In this document: one piece after another, positions 42,200-51,944 of the stretch
How the letters are laid out: every line of letters starts with the position of its first letter
How positions within the stretch are numbered: the stretch's first letter is position 1
Assembly: GCA_041492985.1 (NCBI GenBank)
Contig: JBGPXY010000001.1
Span: 1 to 52,057 of the forward strand
Origin: Candidatus Eiseniibacteriota bacterium
GTDB taxonomy: Bacteria > Eisenbacteria > RBG-16-71-46
Direction: 5' to 3'
DNA length: 52,057 bases
Translations under genes and position numbers: made by a program
The notes under the pieces: model-generated
Seen by the model: the letters and a program-made list of their open reading frames with translations, nothing else
Database searches by the model: none
Told to the model about the DNA's origin: nothing

Positions 42200-44224
42200 T
42201 CAGCGCCAGGCCAACCTCACGGCCTCCGCCTCCTGGGCGAGCGCCGCGGCGCGATTCTCCGCTTGCCGTGCATCCGGTCCGCGCGATGCGGCGTCATAGA
42301 ACCCGGCCAGGACCTGCTGGATCATGATCCGGCACCCACGCATCTCCTGGGCGCCCTTCCCCCGGGGTTGCAGTCGTGCAAGGCGTTCAGCTTCCTGCTC
42401 CAGGTAGGCGATGGCGCTCTCGCCGAAGGGCGGTCCGCCGGCCAGCCCACTCAGAAGTTGATACGCCTGCGGTGTGGGCTCGGCCAGATTGGCCCGCCGC
42501 ACCGCCGCCAGGATGCTGGCGGGATCGGGTGATGGCAGACCCGTCAGCATGGCGGTCGCGAGGCTGAGCGCCCGCGTCATCTCCGAGGGGTACTTCAACT
42601 GGCCCGCCACCGCCCGCGGCACGAGCGAGGCCGTCGGTTCGGACCGGGCGTCTGCGAGCACCACCATGCGGCCATCGTTGTAGATGCTCGCCCACTGGCG
42701 CGTCGCCGTCAGTCGCGACAGGAGGGGACTGAAGCGGGGCGATGAGGGAACGATCACCAGATGCACCTGGTTGTCTCTCAGCAGCTGTGGGCCCTGGTCG
42801 GTCGTCTGGATGCGAGTCCACAAGTCCAGCACGCCGGGCGGATAGATCTGCTGGGCCCTCCCGCCCATGAGCAATCGCGTGTCGGGATGGACCCACCGCA
42901 GATAGCCTTCCCATTCCCAGGCCGCCAGCGCGTTGCCCGAGAGCCGGTTGTCGCCGAGGAACTGGCCGGCCGACACCGGGAAGACGTCGGACACGGAGTG
43001 CATGCGATCGAAGATCGTGCTTCCGGTTCGGATGGGGTGGTCCGGGCGATACGCCTGGAAGTTTCGCCACCCCAGCGTGAGCAGTGGCACGATGACGCCG
43101 AGGCACGCCGCGATCGTGACCCACCGGCCCTTGCGAAGCGCCAGCCATCCCAGCAGCCTCGCCAGTGGGGGCGCCGTCGCGAGCACCGCGAGCGGGACGA
43201 ATCTCCGCGACTGGAAGGCCATGAGCGTCGCCGCGCCGAGCAGCACGTATTCGAAGGCCACGGGTCCGAATGCCGCCCGTCGATCAGGTGGAAGAGTCTG
43301 CCGGGTCGACCGCGCGGGGACCTTGCTCAGCAGGCGGGCAAGACCCAGGGCCAGCACCAGCCCGAGGACGACGAACAGCTCCCACGGAAACGGCATCCGA
43401 TCGTTCGACAGGAGCGGCAGCCACTCGGGCACCTGTCTCCAGCCCGGGCTCGAAGCGACCACGAGCGGCTCCTCGAGGTTGACCAGCCCGAAGGGGCTCA
43501 GCGCGCACGCGACCACGCACGCCGCCAGGCAAGCGGGGAGCCGCCAGTGCTTGCGAATGTTCGCGCGCCCATGCGTGCGCCAGTCCTCGATCAGAGCGCA
43601 CGACACCCAGAGACCCACCATCCCCAGGCCGAATACGAACGCGCCGTGCAGATTGGCCCAGACTGCCATGAGCGGGACGGTCCACCAGATGCGACGGTGG
43701 TCCTCGAACGAGCGGAACATCACCAGCATGCTGAGTGGAACGAGCACCAGAGTCATTAGATTTGGGCGCAGCAGGACGAAGCGGAAACACGCCAGCACGA
43801 TTCCCGCCGACAGCAGGGCCGCTGTCGGCGCATGGCCGCCGCGGCGGCGTGCGACCAGGAAGAGGAGCGCCGACATCACGGCCAGCAGGCCCGCTTTCAA
43901 CACCAGGAGACCCGCGTCCCTGCCCCAGAGCCAGGTCGAGTAAATGAGGAGGTGGGACAGCCAGTTCTGGTTGATCCACACCCGGCCACCGGTGGTGAAG
44001 GACCAATCGTCCGGGCTGCCGAGCTTGCCCTGGACCACATCGCGCCCGCCGGCCAGGGCCATGAAGAGATCGGCGGCCGATTCCGAAGTGGCCCAGGTGA
44101 CGAGCACCGCCGCCGCCGAGAGCAGCACAAGTCCCACCACGACGGCGACGGGTGTCTTCGCTCGCGGTTCGACACGCGGCCTCGCCCCTTCGGAACGCGC
44201 GAGCGGTTGGAGTTTCCTTGCCAT
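42200..44224 (-). CDS. Large polytopic membrane protein, putative GT-C-type (ArnT/PMT-like) glycosyltransferase with soluble C-terminal domain
   Basis: 674 aa. The first 400 aa contain about 10 or more TM helices and a WANLHGAF motif. It sits in an operon with a polyprenol-P sugar synthase. The family assignment is not certain. Confidence 0.55.
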   Translation of the reverse strand: MARKLQPLARSEGARPRVEPRAKTPVAVVVGLVLLSAAAVLVTWATSESAADLFMALAGGRDVVQGKLGSPDDWSFTTGGRVWINQNWLSHLLIYSTWLWGRDAGLLVLKAGLLAVMSALLFLVARRRGGHAPTAALLSAGIVLACFRFVLLRPNLMTLVLVPLSMLVMFRSFEDHRRIWWTVPLMAVWANLHGAFVFGLGMVGLWVSCALIEDWRTHGRANIRKHWRLPACLAACVVACALSPFGLVNLEEPLVVASSPGWRQVPEWLPLLSNDRMPFPWELFVVLGLVLALGLARLLSKVPARSTRQTLPPDRRAAFGPVAFEYVLLGAATLMAFQSRRFVPLAVLATAPPLARLLGWLALRKGRWVTIAACLGVIVPLLTLGWRNFQAYRPDHPIRTGSTIFDRMHSVSDVFPVSAGQFLGDNRLSGNALAAWEWEGYLRWVHPDTRLLMGGRAQQIYPPGVLDLWTRIQTTDQGPQLLRDNQVHLVIVPSSPRFSPLLSRLTATRQWASIYNDGRMVVLADARSEPTASLVPRAVAGQLKYPSEMTRALSLATAMLTGLPSPDPASILAAVRRANLAEPTPQAYQLLSGLAGGPPFGESAIAYLEQEAERLARLQPRGKGAQEMRGCRIMIQQVLAGFYDAASRGPDARQAENRAAALAQEAEAVRLAWR

Positions 44225-44281
44225 GGGGCCCGGATTAGCACAGCCGACGACGACAACGCAACAATCCGCGGACGACCTCGA

Positions 44282-45229
44282 TCAGCCCAACTCCCTTCGG
44301 GCGAGCCACAGTCCGGGCGCAAGGGGCAGCAGCAGGGTGAATCCCCGGAACAGGAGCGTCACTCCGAGACTCGCCTCGATGGGCACGCCCGAGAGGTGAA
44401 GCATCGCGACGCAGGTGCCGTCGAAGGTCCCGATCCCGCCCGGGATCAGGGTGAACGTCGCCACCATCGAGGCGGTCACGTAGCTGAGGAACACCACCGC
44501 GGGACTCGCGCGGATCCCCATCGCCGCCAGCGCGGCCGCGAGCGTGGCGGCATCGAGGAGGACGATCGCCAGCTGGAATGCACCGGCCTCGAGGAGCGCC
44601 TTGCGCCGGGCGCCCCCCGCGCCTCGCGCGCTGCGCAGGGCCCGTGTGGCGTGGATGAACGGCGGCGCTCGGCGGAGCCACCGGGGCAGCCTCGCCGCGC
44701 CGCGCTTTCGCAGCCACAGGCCGGCGATCGGGACGACGAAGATCAGGACGAGCACCGGCGTCGCGAGCCATGCGAGCGCGCGGCGCGAGTCGCGCATGAG
44801 CAGCCCGACCACAAGGGCGGCCAGGACCGCCGCCACCGAGGCGAAGTAGTAGCCGACCAGACTGATGACGACCGCGCCGGTGGCGGTCCGGCGCGATACC
44901 CCACGACGCCCGAGTCCGCGCACGACCAGGAGGGTCCCGCTCAACCCCGCCGAGGGGATCGCCTGGTCGGTGAAGAGCTTCGCGAGGCCGAGGGGCAGGA
45001 GATTCACCAGCGAGCGCCTCGTGCCAAGGCCGACGAGACTGCGCTGCCAGATCGCCGCCGCGCACACGTAGGTCGCGGCCTGCAGCACGAGCGCCACGGC
45101 CAGCCACTCCGGACGCACGTGCCGAACGAGCTCCGAGAAGCGCTCGACTTCGCCGACGTGCGCCACCACGAGGACGAGACCGAGCAGGACGAGCAGGCCC
45201 GTCGTCCAGACCGCGAGCCGCCGGCTCAT
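44282..45229 (-). CDS. UPF0104 / lysylphosphatidylglycerol-synthase-TM-region-like (flippase-like) membrane protein
   Basis: 315 aa from MSRRLAVW with about 8 TM helices. Conserved ...LIPGGIGTFDG... motif. ATGA overlap with mgtA. Confidence 0.8.
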   Translation of the reverse strand: MSRRLAVWTTGLLVLLGLVLVVAHVGEVERFSELVRHVRPEWLAVALVLQAATYVCAAAIWQRSLVGLGTRRSLVNLLPLGLAKLFTDQAIPSAGLSGTLLVVRGLGRRGVSRRTATGAVVISLVGYYFASVAAVLAALVVGLLMRDSRRALAWLATPVLVLIFVVPIAGLWLRKRGAARLPRWLRRAPPFIHATRALRSARGAGGARRKALLEAGAFQLAIVLLDAATLAAALAAMGIRASPAVVFLSYVTASMVATFTLIPGGIGTFDGTCVAMLHLSGVPIEASLGVTLLFRGFTLLLPLAPGLWLARRELG

Positions 45230-47850
45230 GCTCTGGCGAGGCGCCGGTAGAACCACCGTTTCACCAGGTCGACCGTGACGAGATAGAGGACGACGATCCC
45301 CCCGAGGATCGCGAGGAACCTCAGGGGGATGGGGACGAATCCGAGTCGCGCTCCCAGCGTCGTGAAGGGCAGCATCGTCGCGGCGGCGATCACCACGAAG
45401 GCCGTGACCAGGAGCAGCGTGCTCGGCCACGAACGGAAAGGACCGCGCCGGCTTCGGATCACGAAGATGACCAGCACCTGCGTGGCGAGGGATTCGACGA
45501 ACCAGCCCGTGTGGAACCCCGCCTCGCCGAGACGGAACAGGCGCAGCATCACGTAGAAGGTCAGGAAGTCGAACAGCGAGCTGACCGGTCCGATCGCGAG
45601 CATGAAGTCGCGGATGAACGTCATGCTCCACCGGTGCGGCCGGGCGATGAACTCATCATCGACGCGGTCCATCGGGATCGGGATCTCCGAGATGTCGTAG
45701 AGGAGGTTGTTCACCAGGATCTGCACCGGGAGCAGGGGAAGGAAAGGCAGGATCAGCGTGCCGCCCGCCATGCTGAACATGTTCCCGAAGTTGGAGCTGG
45801 TGCCCATCATCAGGTACTTGAGGATGTTGCCGAACGTCCGGCGCCCTTCCAGCACGCCGCGGTGGACCACGCTCAGGTCGTGGTCGAGCAGGATCATGTC
45901 CGCGGCCTCGCGGGCCACGTCCACGGCCCCGTCGACCGAGAGACCGACGTCCGCCGAGTGGAGCGAGGGCGCGTCGTTGATGCCGTCTCCCAGGTATCCC
46001 ACGACATGTCCGCGGCTCCGGAGCGCCTGGATCACGCGGAGCTTCTGAGGTGGCGTCACGCGGCAGAAGAGGCTGACATTCTCGGCCCGGTCCGCGAGCG
46101 CCGCGTCGCTCATGGCCTCGAGCTCACGACCGGACAGGACTCCCCCGACGGGCAGCGCGAGCTCTCGGCACAGATGCTGGGTCACCAGCTCGTTGTCGCC
46201 GGTGACGATCTTGACGGTGACTCCGCTCGCCTCGAGGGCGTGTACCGCCTCCGACGCGCCGGCCTTGGGAGGGTCCTCGAACGTGGCGAATCCGGCGAAG
46301 AACAGCTCCGTCTCATCGTCGAGGATGGCATGCACGTGGTCGGGAGCCGTCTCCTTCCACGCGACCCCCAGCACTCGGAATCCTTCTCGCCCGAAGGTCT
46401 CGAATCGCTCGTTCACCTGGCGCCTCGCCGCGTCGTCGAGCGGCAGGAGTCGCTCCGGACCGCCGTCTTCGTATCGCGTCGCATGCAGGAGCACGTCTTC
46501 GAATGCGCCCTTGAGCACGAGCAGGCGCTGCCGCCCGTCGTCGGCGAGCACCGAGACCCGCCGCCGCTCGAAATCGAACGGCATCTCGTCGATCTTGCGC
46601 CAGCCGCTTACGTCCACGTCGGTGCGACGCAGGATCGCCTCGTCCAGCGGCGTCTTCAGTCCGCTCTCGAAGTAGCTGTTCAGGTAGGCGAGGTGAAGGA
46701 CGCGCGGGCTCTCGCGGCCCTGGGGATCCAGGTGCCTCGAGAGGCGGATCACGGCCTCGGTGAGGGTGCCGGTCTTGTCGGTGCACAGCACGTCCATGCT
46801 GCCCAGGTCATGCACCGAGGCCAATCGCTTCACGATCACCCGCTCCTTCGCCATCCGCAGCGCGCCACGCGAGAGCGTGACGGTGACGATCATGGGCAGC
46901 AACTCAGGCGTGAGCCCCACGGCGAGTGCCACCGCGAACATGAACGACTCGATCCACGGGCGATGGAAGCTGGCGTTGACCAGCAGGACGAACAGGATCA
47001 TGAGCACTGCGTTCCCGACGATGAACCGACCGAAATCGCGGATGCCCCGTTCGAAGGCGGTGGCTGGGGGCCGGGCCAGCAGGCTCTCGCCGATCTCGCC
47101 GAGCGCGGTGGCGACACCGGTGCGGCAGACGAGCACGCTCGCGGTCCCGCTGACCACGGAGGTACCCATGAACACCGCGTTCGAGGCGGAGGCCGGATCG
47201 GTTGCGGGCTCGGAAAGGTCGCCCGCGTGCTTCTCGACCGGGAACGGCTCACCGGTGATGAGCGCTTGATTGAGGAAGAAATCCCGGGCCCCGACCACGC
47301 GGCCGTCCGCGGGGACGAGCCTCCCGGGCGAGAGCTCGACCAGGTCTCCCGGGACGATGTGGTCGCGGAGCAGCTCCAGGCGGTGGCCCCCTCGCACCAC
47401 GGTCACCTGGACCGCCACCGAGTGCTGCAACCTTTCGGCGGCGCGCCCGGCGCGATGCTCCTGCACCGCGTCCAGCGTGACGCTCAGCCCGACGACCGCC
47501 GCGATGATGAAGAAGCTCGCGGTCTGTCCGGTGAAGAACGAGATCAGCCCCGCGGCAAGCAGCAGCAGGACCAGCGGGTTGCCGAGTCGCGTGAGGAGTT
47601 GGAGCGCGAATGTCTTCGTGCGGCGGGGCTGGATCCGGTTCGGACCGTACTTCAGGAGTCGACGCTCGGCTTCGGCCGGTTCGAGCCCTGTGCCATCCGT
47701 GCCCAGCTCGGCCAGGATCGAAGTCCATGGGCGCGGCCAGAAAGGTCCGCCCTGGCCGGTGACGGACGCGCTCGTGTGTGCGCTCATGGGAAGGAGGCCG
47801 AGCCTACTCCCCGCTCCCGCTCCCGGCCAGGCGGGTCCCGGTCGGTCCAT
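45226..47850 (-). CDS. mgtA: Mg2+-importing P-type ATPase (MgtA type); start uncertain (47850 or, more likely, 47787)
   Basis: Motifs DKTGTLT, TGDN, GDGINDAP. The MgtA-specific TM region reads LPFLPLLPVQILVNNLLYDISEIPIPMDRVDDEFIARPHRW. Confidence 0.9.
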   Translation of the reverse strand: MDRPGPAWPGAGAGSRLGLLPMSAHTSASVTGQGGPFWPRPWTSILAELGTDGTGLEPAEAERRLLKYGPNRIQPRRTKTFALQLLTRLGNPLVLLLLAAGLISFFTGQTASFFIIAAVVGLSVTLDAVQEHRAGRAAERLQHSVAVQVTVVRGGHRLELLRDHIVPGDLVELSPGRLVPADGRVVGARDFFLNQALITGEPFPVEKHAGDLSEPATDPASASNAVFMGTSVVSGTASVLVCRTGVATALGEIGESLLARPPATAFERGIRDFGRFIVGNAVLMILFVLLVNASFHRPWIESFMFAVALAVGLTPELLPMIVTVTLSRGALRMAKERVIVKRLASVHDLGSMDVLCTDKTGTLTEAVIRLSRHLDPQGRESPRVLHLAYLNSYFESGLKTPLDEAILRRTDVDVSGWRKIDEMPFDFERRRVSVLADDGRQRLLVLKGAFEDVLLHATRYEDGGPERLLPLDDAARRQVNERFETFGREGFRVLGVAWKETAPDHVHAILDDETELFFAGFATFEDPPKAGASEAVHALEASGVTVKIVTGDNELVTQHLCRELALPVGGVLSGRELEAMSDAALADRAENVSLFCRVTPPQKLRVIQALRSRGHVVGYLGDGINDAPSLHSADVGLSVDGAVDVAREAADMILLDHDLSVVHRGVLEGRRTFGNILKYLMMGTSSNFGNMFSMAGGTLILPFLPLLPVQILVNNLLYDISEIPIPMDRVDDEFIARPHRWSMTFIRDFMLAIGPVSSLFDFLTFYVMLRLFRLGEAGFHTGWFVESLATQVLVIFVIRSRRGPFRSWPSTLLLVTAFVVIAAATMLPFTTLGARLGFVPIPLRFLAILGGIVVLYLVTVDLVKRWFYRRLARA

Positions 47851-47888
47851 TTTGGGTCGCGTTGCCGATACGGTAGATTCCCCCGCTC

Positions 47889-50564
47889 ATGACCCTGACC
47901 GCTGGCACCCGGCTCGGACCCTACGAGGTGCTCGCCCCACTCGGCGCGGGGGGCATGGGCGAGGTGTACAAGGCGCGAGACACGCGCCTGGAGCGCACCG
48001 TGGCGATCAAGGTGCTGCCCGAGCACCTGTCGGCGACGCCCGACCTGCGGACACGCTTCGAGCGCGAGGCGCGCGCGGTCTCCTCCCTCAACCACCCCCA
48101 CATCTGCACCCTCTACGACATCGGTCACCAGGACGGAGTGGACTACCTGGTGATGGAGCACATCGAGGGGGAGACGCTGGCGGCACGACTGGAACGAGGG
48201 CCGCTGCCCACCGCGGACGTGCTGAGGTACGCGGCGGAGATCGCGGACGCGCTGGACAAGGCGCACCGGCAGGGGATGGTGCACCGGGATTTGAAGCCCT
48301 CGAACGTCATGCTCACCAAGAGCGGCTCCAAGCTCCTGGACTTCGGCCTGGCACGGGTGATGGGGCCCGGTGGACCGGCGGCGGGTGGCGGGAGCGGCAG
48401 CGGGCCGGCGGTGCTGAGCCAGACGCCGACGATGAGCCAGCCGCTCACGGCGGCGGGGATGATCGTCGGGACGTTCCAGTACATGGCGCCGGAGCAGCTC
48501 GAGGGCAAGGAGGCGGATGCGCGCAGCGACATCTGGGCGTTCGGGGCGACGGTGTACGAGATGGCGACTGCGAAGCATGCGTTCGAGGGAAGCAGCCAGG
48601 CGTCGCTGATCGCGTCGATCCTCAAGGAATCGCCCCGCCCGATCGCGGAGCTCCAGCCGCTGACGCCGCCCGGGCTGGACCGGGTGGTGGAGCGCTGTCT
48701 GGCGAAGGATCCCGACGATCGCTGGCAGTCCGCGCGGGACCTGGCGCACGAGCTGCAGTGGATCGCGCAGGCCGGCTCGAAGGCCGGCGTGGCGGCTCCT
48801 GTTGCGGCCCGCCGCAGGAGCCGCGGGCGCCTGATCGCCGCGCTCGCACTCGTCTCGACGCTCGGGATGATCGCGTTCGCCGTGCTCTACATGCTTCGCG
48901 CGCCGGCGCCGCCCAAGACCGTGCGTTTCGAGATCCGCACCGCCACGGCGGTCCAGTCGCAGGACGCGCCCCGCATCTCCCCCGACGGCCGAACGCTGGC
49001 CTGGACCGCCGTGGACTCAACGGGGACGTCGCGGATCTGGGTGCGCGCGCTGGCGGCCACATCGGCGCAGCCGCTCCCCGGGACCGAGGGCATCGTCCAG
49101 CGCCCCTTCTGGTCTCCGGACAGTCGGTTCCTCGGCTTCTTCGCCGGCGGCAAGCTCAAGAAGATCCCGGTCACGGGCGGTCCGGCGGCCACGATCTGCG
49201 ACGCTCCGAACGGGTCCGACGGCGCGTGGAGCCCCCGAGGCGTGATCCTCTACGACGGCGGCAGCACCGATCCCATCCGGCGGGTGTCGGCGGGTGGTGG
49301 CGTGCCCGTGACCGCCGTCCCGCTCGACAGTGTCAACAACATCGGCGTCGGATGGCCGTTCTTCCTGCCCGATGGACGTCACTTCCTCTACATGATCCTG
49401 GGCACGCGACAGGCCCTGTGCGTCGGCACGCTGGATTCCAAGGAGTCGCGCGAGCTGGGGCCCTGCGACTCCCGAGCCGAGTACGCGCCGCCCGGGTACG
49501 TGCTGTTCGCGCGCGGGGGGGCGCTGGTGGCGCAGCCCTTCGACCTCCGGGGTCTCAAGTTCAAGGGCGACCCGGCGCCGATCACCGAGTCGATCCGGAC
49601 CCAGCCCTTCGGGGGCGCGGACTTCTCGGTGTCCCAGGACGGTGTCCTCACCTACGCGTCGGGTTCACTCCAGAGCGGGCGGCTGATCTGGGTGGATCGG
49701 CAGGGCCGCGAGCTCGAGACCGTTCCCACCACGAGCCTGGTCAACGTGCTCAACCTCGCGCTCTCCCCCGACGGCAGGAAGGTCGCGGTTCGAACGCTGG
49801 AGGCCCAGAGCCGGAACCGGGATGTCTGGGTGATCGACCTCGTCCGCTCGGTCTCCTCGCGTTTCACGTTCGACGCGGGAAACGAGAACCACCCGCTCTG
49901 GTCGCCGGACGGGACGAAGATCCTCTACTGGTCCGACAACCCGAACGCCTCCGGCATGATCCTCAAGAACGCGAGCGGCGCGGGCGAGGCCGACACGTTG
50001 CTGCGCTCCAAGGAAGAGACGATCGTCACCGACTGGTCCAGAGACGGCCGATTCATCGTCTACAGTCAGACCCATGGGACCGGCAACTCGGAGCTGAACT
50101 ATCTGCCCATGACCGGAGATCGAAAGCCACAGGTCTTCCAGCGCGGGCAGTTCAACTATGGGAGCGGAGTGCTCTCGTCCGACAGCCGGTGGCTCGCCTA
50201 TGTCTCGGACGAATCGGGCAAGCCCGAAGTCTACGTGCAGACGTTTCCGGACCACGGCGGCAAGTGGCAGATCTCGACCGACGGCGGCGTGGAGCCGAGG
50301 TGGTCGGCCAACGGGAAGGAGCTGTTCTTCCTGTCCGCCGACCAACGGATGATGTCCGCGACCGTCCGGACGTCGCCGGGGTTCGAGGCCGACGTTCCCA
50401 AGACGCTGTTCGCGGCGCGCGTGCTCTTCCCGGGGAGGGTCGTTCGCGCCCACTACGGGGTCTCGGCGGATGGCTCGCGCTTCCTGCTGGTCGCGCCCCT
50501 GGTCAACGAGGCGGCGGCCACGCAGGTCGTGCTCAACTGGGCGGCGGACCTGGACCGCAAGTAG
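47889..50564 (+). CDS. Ser/Thr protein kinase with TM helix and TolB-like beta-propeller region (paralog of 26265..28982)
   Basis: 891 aa. The N-terminus MTLTAGTRLGPYEVLAPLGAGGMGEVYKARD is nearly identical to that of the paralog. Also HRDLKPSN, DFG, and SPDG-type blades. Confidence 0.9.
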   Translation: MTLTAGTRLGPYEVLAPLGAGGMGEVYKARDTRLERTVAIKVLPEHLSATPDLRTRFEREARAVSSLNHPHICTLYDIGHQDGVDYLVMEHIEGETLAARLERGPLPTADVLRYAAEIADALDKAHRQGMVHRDLKPSNVMLTKSGSKLLDFGLARVMGPGGPAAGGGSGSGPAVLSQTPTMSQPLTAAGMIVGTFQYMAPEQLEGKEADARSDIWAFGATVYEMATAKHAFEGSSQASLIASILKESPRPIAELQPLTPPGLDRVVERCLAKDPDDRWQSARDLAHELQWIAQAGSKAGVAAPVAARRRSRGRLIAALALVSTLGMIAFAVLYMLRAPAPPKTVRFEIRTATAVQSQDAPRISPDGRTLAWTAVDSTGTSRIWVRALAATSAQPLPGTEGIVQRPFWSPDSRFLGFFAGGKLKKIPVTGGPAATICDAPNGSDGAWSPRGVILYDGGSTDPIRRVSAGGGVPVTAVPLDSVNNIGVGWPFFLPDGRHFLYMILGTRQALCVGTLDSKESRELGPCDSRAEYAPPGYVLFARGGALVAQPFDLRGLKFKGDPAPITESIRTQPFGGADFSVSQDGVLTYASGSLQSGRLIWVDRQGRELETVPTTSLVNVLNLALSPDGRKVAVRTLEAQSRNRDVWVIDLVRSVSSRFTFDAGNENHPLWSPDGTKILYWSDNPNASGMILKNASGAGEADTLLRSKEETIVTDWSRDGRFIVYSQTHGTGNSELNYLPMTGDRKPQVFQRGQFNYGSGVLSSDSRWLAYVSDESGKPEVYVQTFPDHGGKWQISTDGGVEPRWSANGKELFFLSADQRMMSATVRTSPGFEADVPKTLFAARVLFPGRVVRAHYGVSADGSRFLLVAPLVNEAAATQVVLNWAADLDRK

Positions 50565-50720
50565 CCCCGCCTCGTCCGGCGCCCGCGCGTCCTCCGCTGC
50601 GCGCGGTGGTGATGCTCACCCCTCCGCGCGCGGGTTGAACGCGTCCTCGGTCGTGCGATATCGTCGGGCCATCGAACCTGACGAGAACACAGTGACGAGA
50701 CCTCCAGAGGGAGTGCGTGC

Positions 50721-51857
50721 TTGAGCGCCATCCTGAACGGCATGCGCCTCGACGGCATGTCCGCGTATGTGCCGGATGAGGTGTGGAGCAACAGCCGGGT
50801 CGCGGCCCGGCTGCGACTCGAACGCATGCGCTTGCGCGGCAACGGGAGTCGCTCGCTCACTCGCGAAGAGGCCAAGCTGTTCGAGACCGGTGACCGCTGG
50901 GTGCGCCGATTCATCGGCTTCAGCGAGCGGCGCTTCTGCCGCGAGGGCGAGGGCACCATCGACCTGGCGGCCCGCGCGGCCCGCCAGCTCTTCCAACGCT
51001 CCGGTCTGGCCCCCAACGACATCGATGGGATCGTGGTCGCCAGTGTCACGCCCTCCTACCTCTATAGCCCTCCAGACGCGGCACTGCTCCAGCACGAGCT
51101 GGGCATCCCGGTCTGGCAGGGACCGGCTCCGCGCGAGATCGTGGGCGCCGACCTCTCGCTGGCCTGCAGCAGCTGGGTCACGTCGCTGATGTTCTGCTAT
51201 GCGCTGATCCGCGCGGGACTCGCGCGACGCATCGTGCTGATCGGCGCCGACCGCATGAGTGCGGCGATCAACTGGCGCGACCGTAGCTTTGCCACCGTCC
51301 TCGGCGACGCGGGCACGGCCACCCTGTGCACGGCGGTCCCGGAGTCCGAAGACTGGTTCTCGCCGTCACAGTTCTGGAGCTGGATGGACGGCAGCCATGC
51401 GGATGTCATTCTGACGCCCGCCGGGGGATCGAGAAACCCCGCCCCCGCCCCGCAGGAGATCGCGGCCGGGAAGCATCGGCTGGCGATGGATGGCGCCGCA
51501 GTTCGGAAGATCCTCGTGCCATTCGTCGGTGGACCGGCGATCGACGCGGCTCTGGCCAAAGCCGGGTGGGGCCTCGAAGACCTCGACCTCGTCACGCTGC
51601 ATGAGGCCAACCTCGCTCTCAACGAGTCGATCGTGAAGATGTGGCGCGAGCGTGGGCTTCGCGCTCGCGTGCTCAACGCCGGAGGCCGGTTCGGCAATAC
51701 CACCAGCGCCTCGATCCCGCTGGCCCTGGCGCTGAATCCCGCCGAACTGTCGGTGGGCAGGAAGTTCGGCCTGTTCGGATTCGGGGGCGGCCTGTCCGCG
51801 TGCTTCGCCTTCGGCACCATCCGTCACCCGGTACAGGCCTGGAGCAACGTGGCCTGA
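50721..51857 (+). CDS. Beta-ketoacyl-ACP synthase III-like (FabH / type III condensing enzyme family)
   Basis: 378 aa. Putative TTG start 7 nt after GAGGGAG (alternative ATG at 50742). Catalytic triad context: LACSSW (Cys), LHEAN (His), GNTTSASIPLAL (Asn). Confidence 0.85.
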   Translation: MSAILNGMRLDGMSAYVPDEVWSNSRVAARLRLERMRLRGNGSRSLTREEAKLFETGDRWVRRFIGFSERRFCREGEGTIDLAARAARQLFQRSGLAPNDIDGIVVASVTPSYLYSPPDAALLQHELGIPVWQGPAPREIVGADLSLACSSWVTSLMFCYALIRAGLARRIVLIGADRMSAAINWRDRSFATVLGDAGTATLCTAVPESEDWFSPSQFWSWMDGSHADVILTPAGGSRNPAPAPQEIAAGKHRLAMDGAAVRKILVPFVGGPAIDAALAKAGWGLEDLDLVTLHEANLALNESIVKMWRERGLRARVLNAGGRFGNTTSASIPLALALNPAELSVGRKFGLFGFGGGLSACFAFGTIRHPVQAWSNVA

Positions 51858-51944
51858 GCCGGACGGCGTCAGCCGACACCGAGCGTGCGGAAGGCGTGCC
51901 CCCCGGAGAGGGCACGCCCGCGCGGGATCCGATTCTCCTACGTG

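Noticed and set aside
45511-47892. 793-aa plus-strand ORF
   Set aside because: It is fully antisense to the P-type ATPase gene, which has the unambiguous DKTGTLT and GDGINDAP motifs.
47270-50638. 1122-aa plus-strand ORF, the longest in the track
   Set aside because: Its first part is antisense to mgtA and the rest is out of frame with the kinase-TolB gene at 47889-50564. The composition is Arg/Gly/Ala/Pro-rich with no motifs. It is a high-GC artefact.
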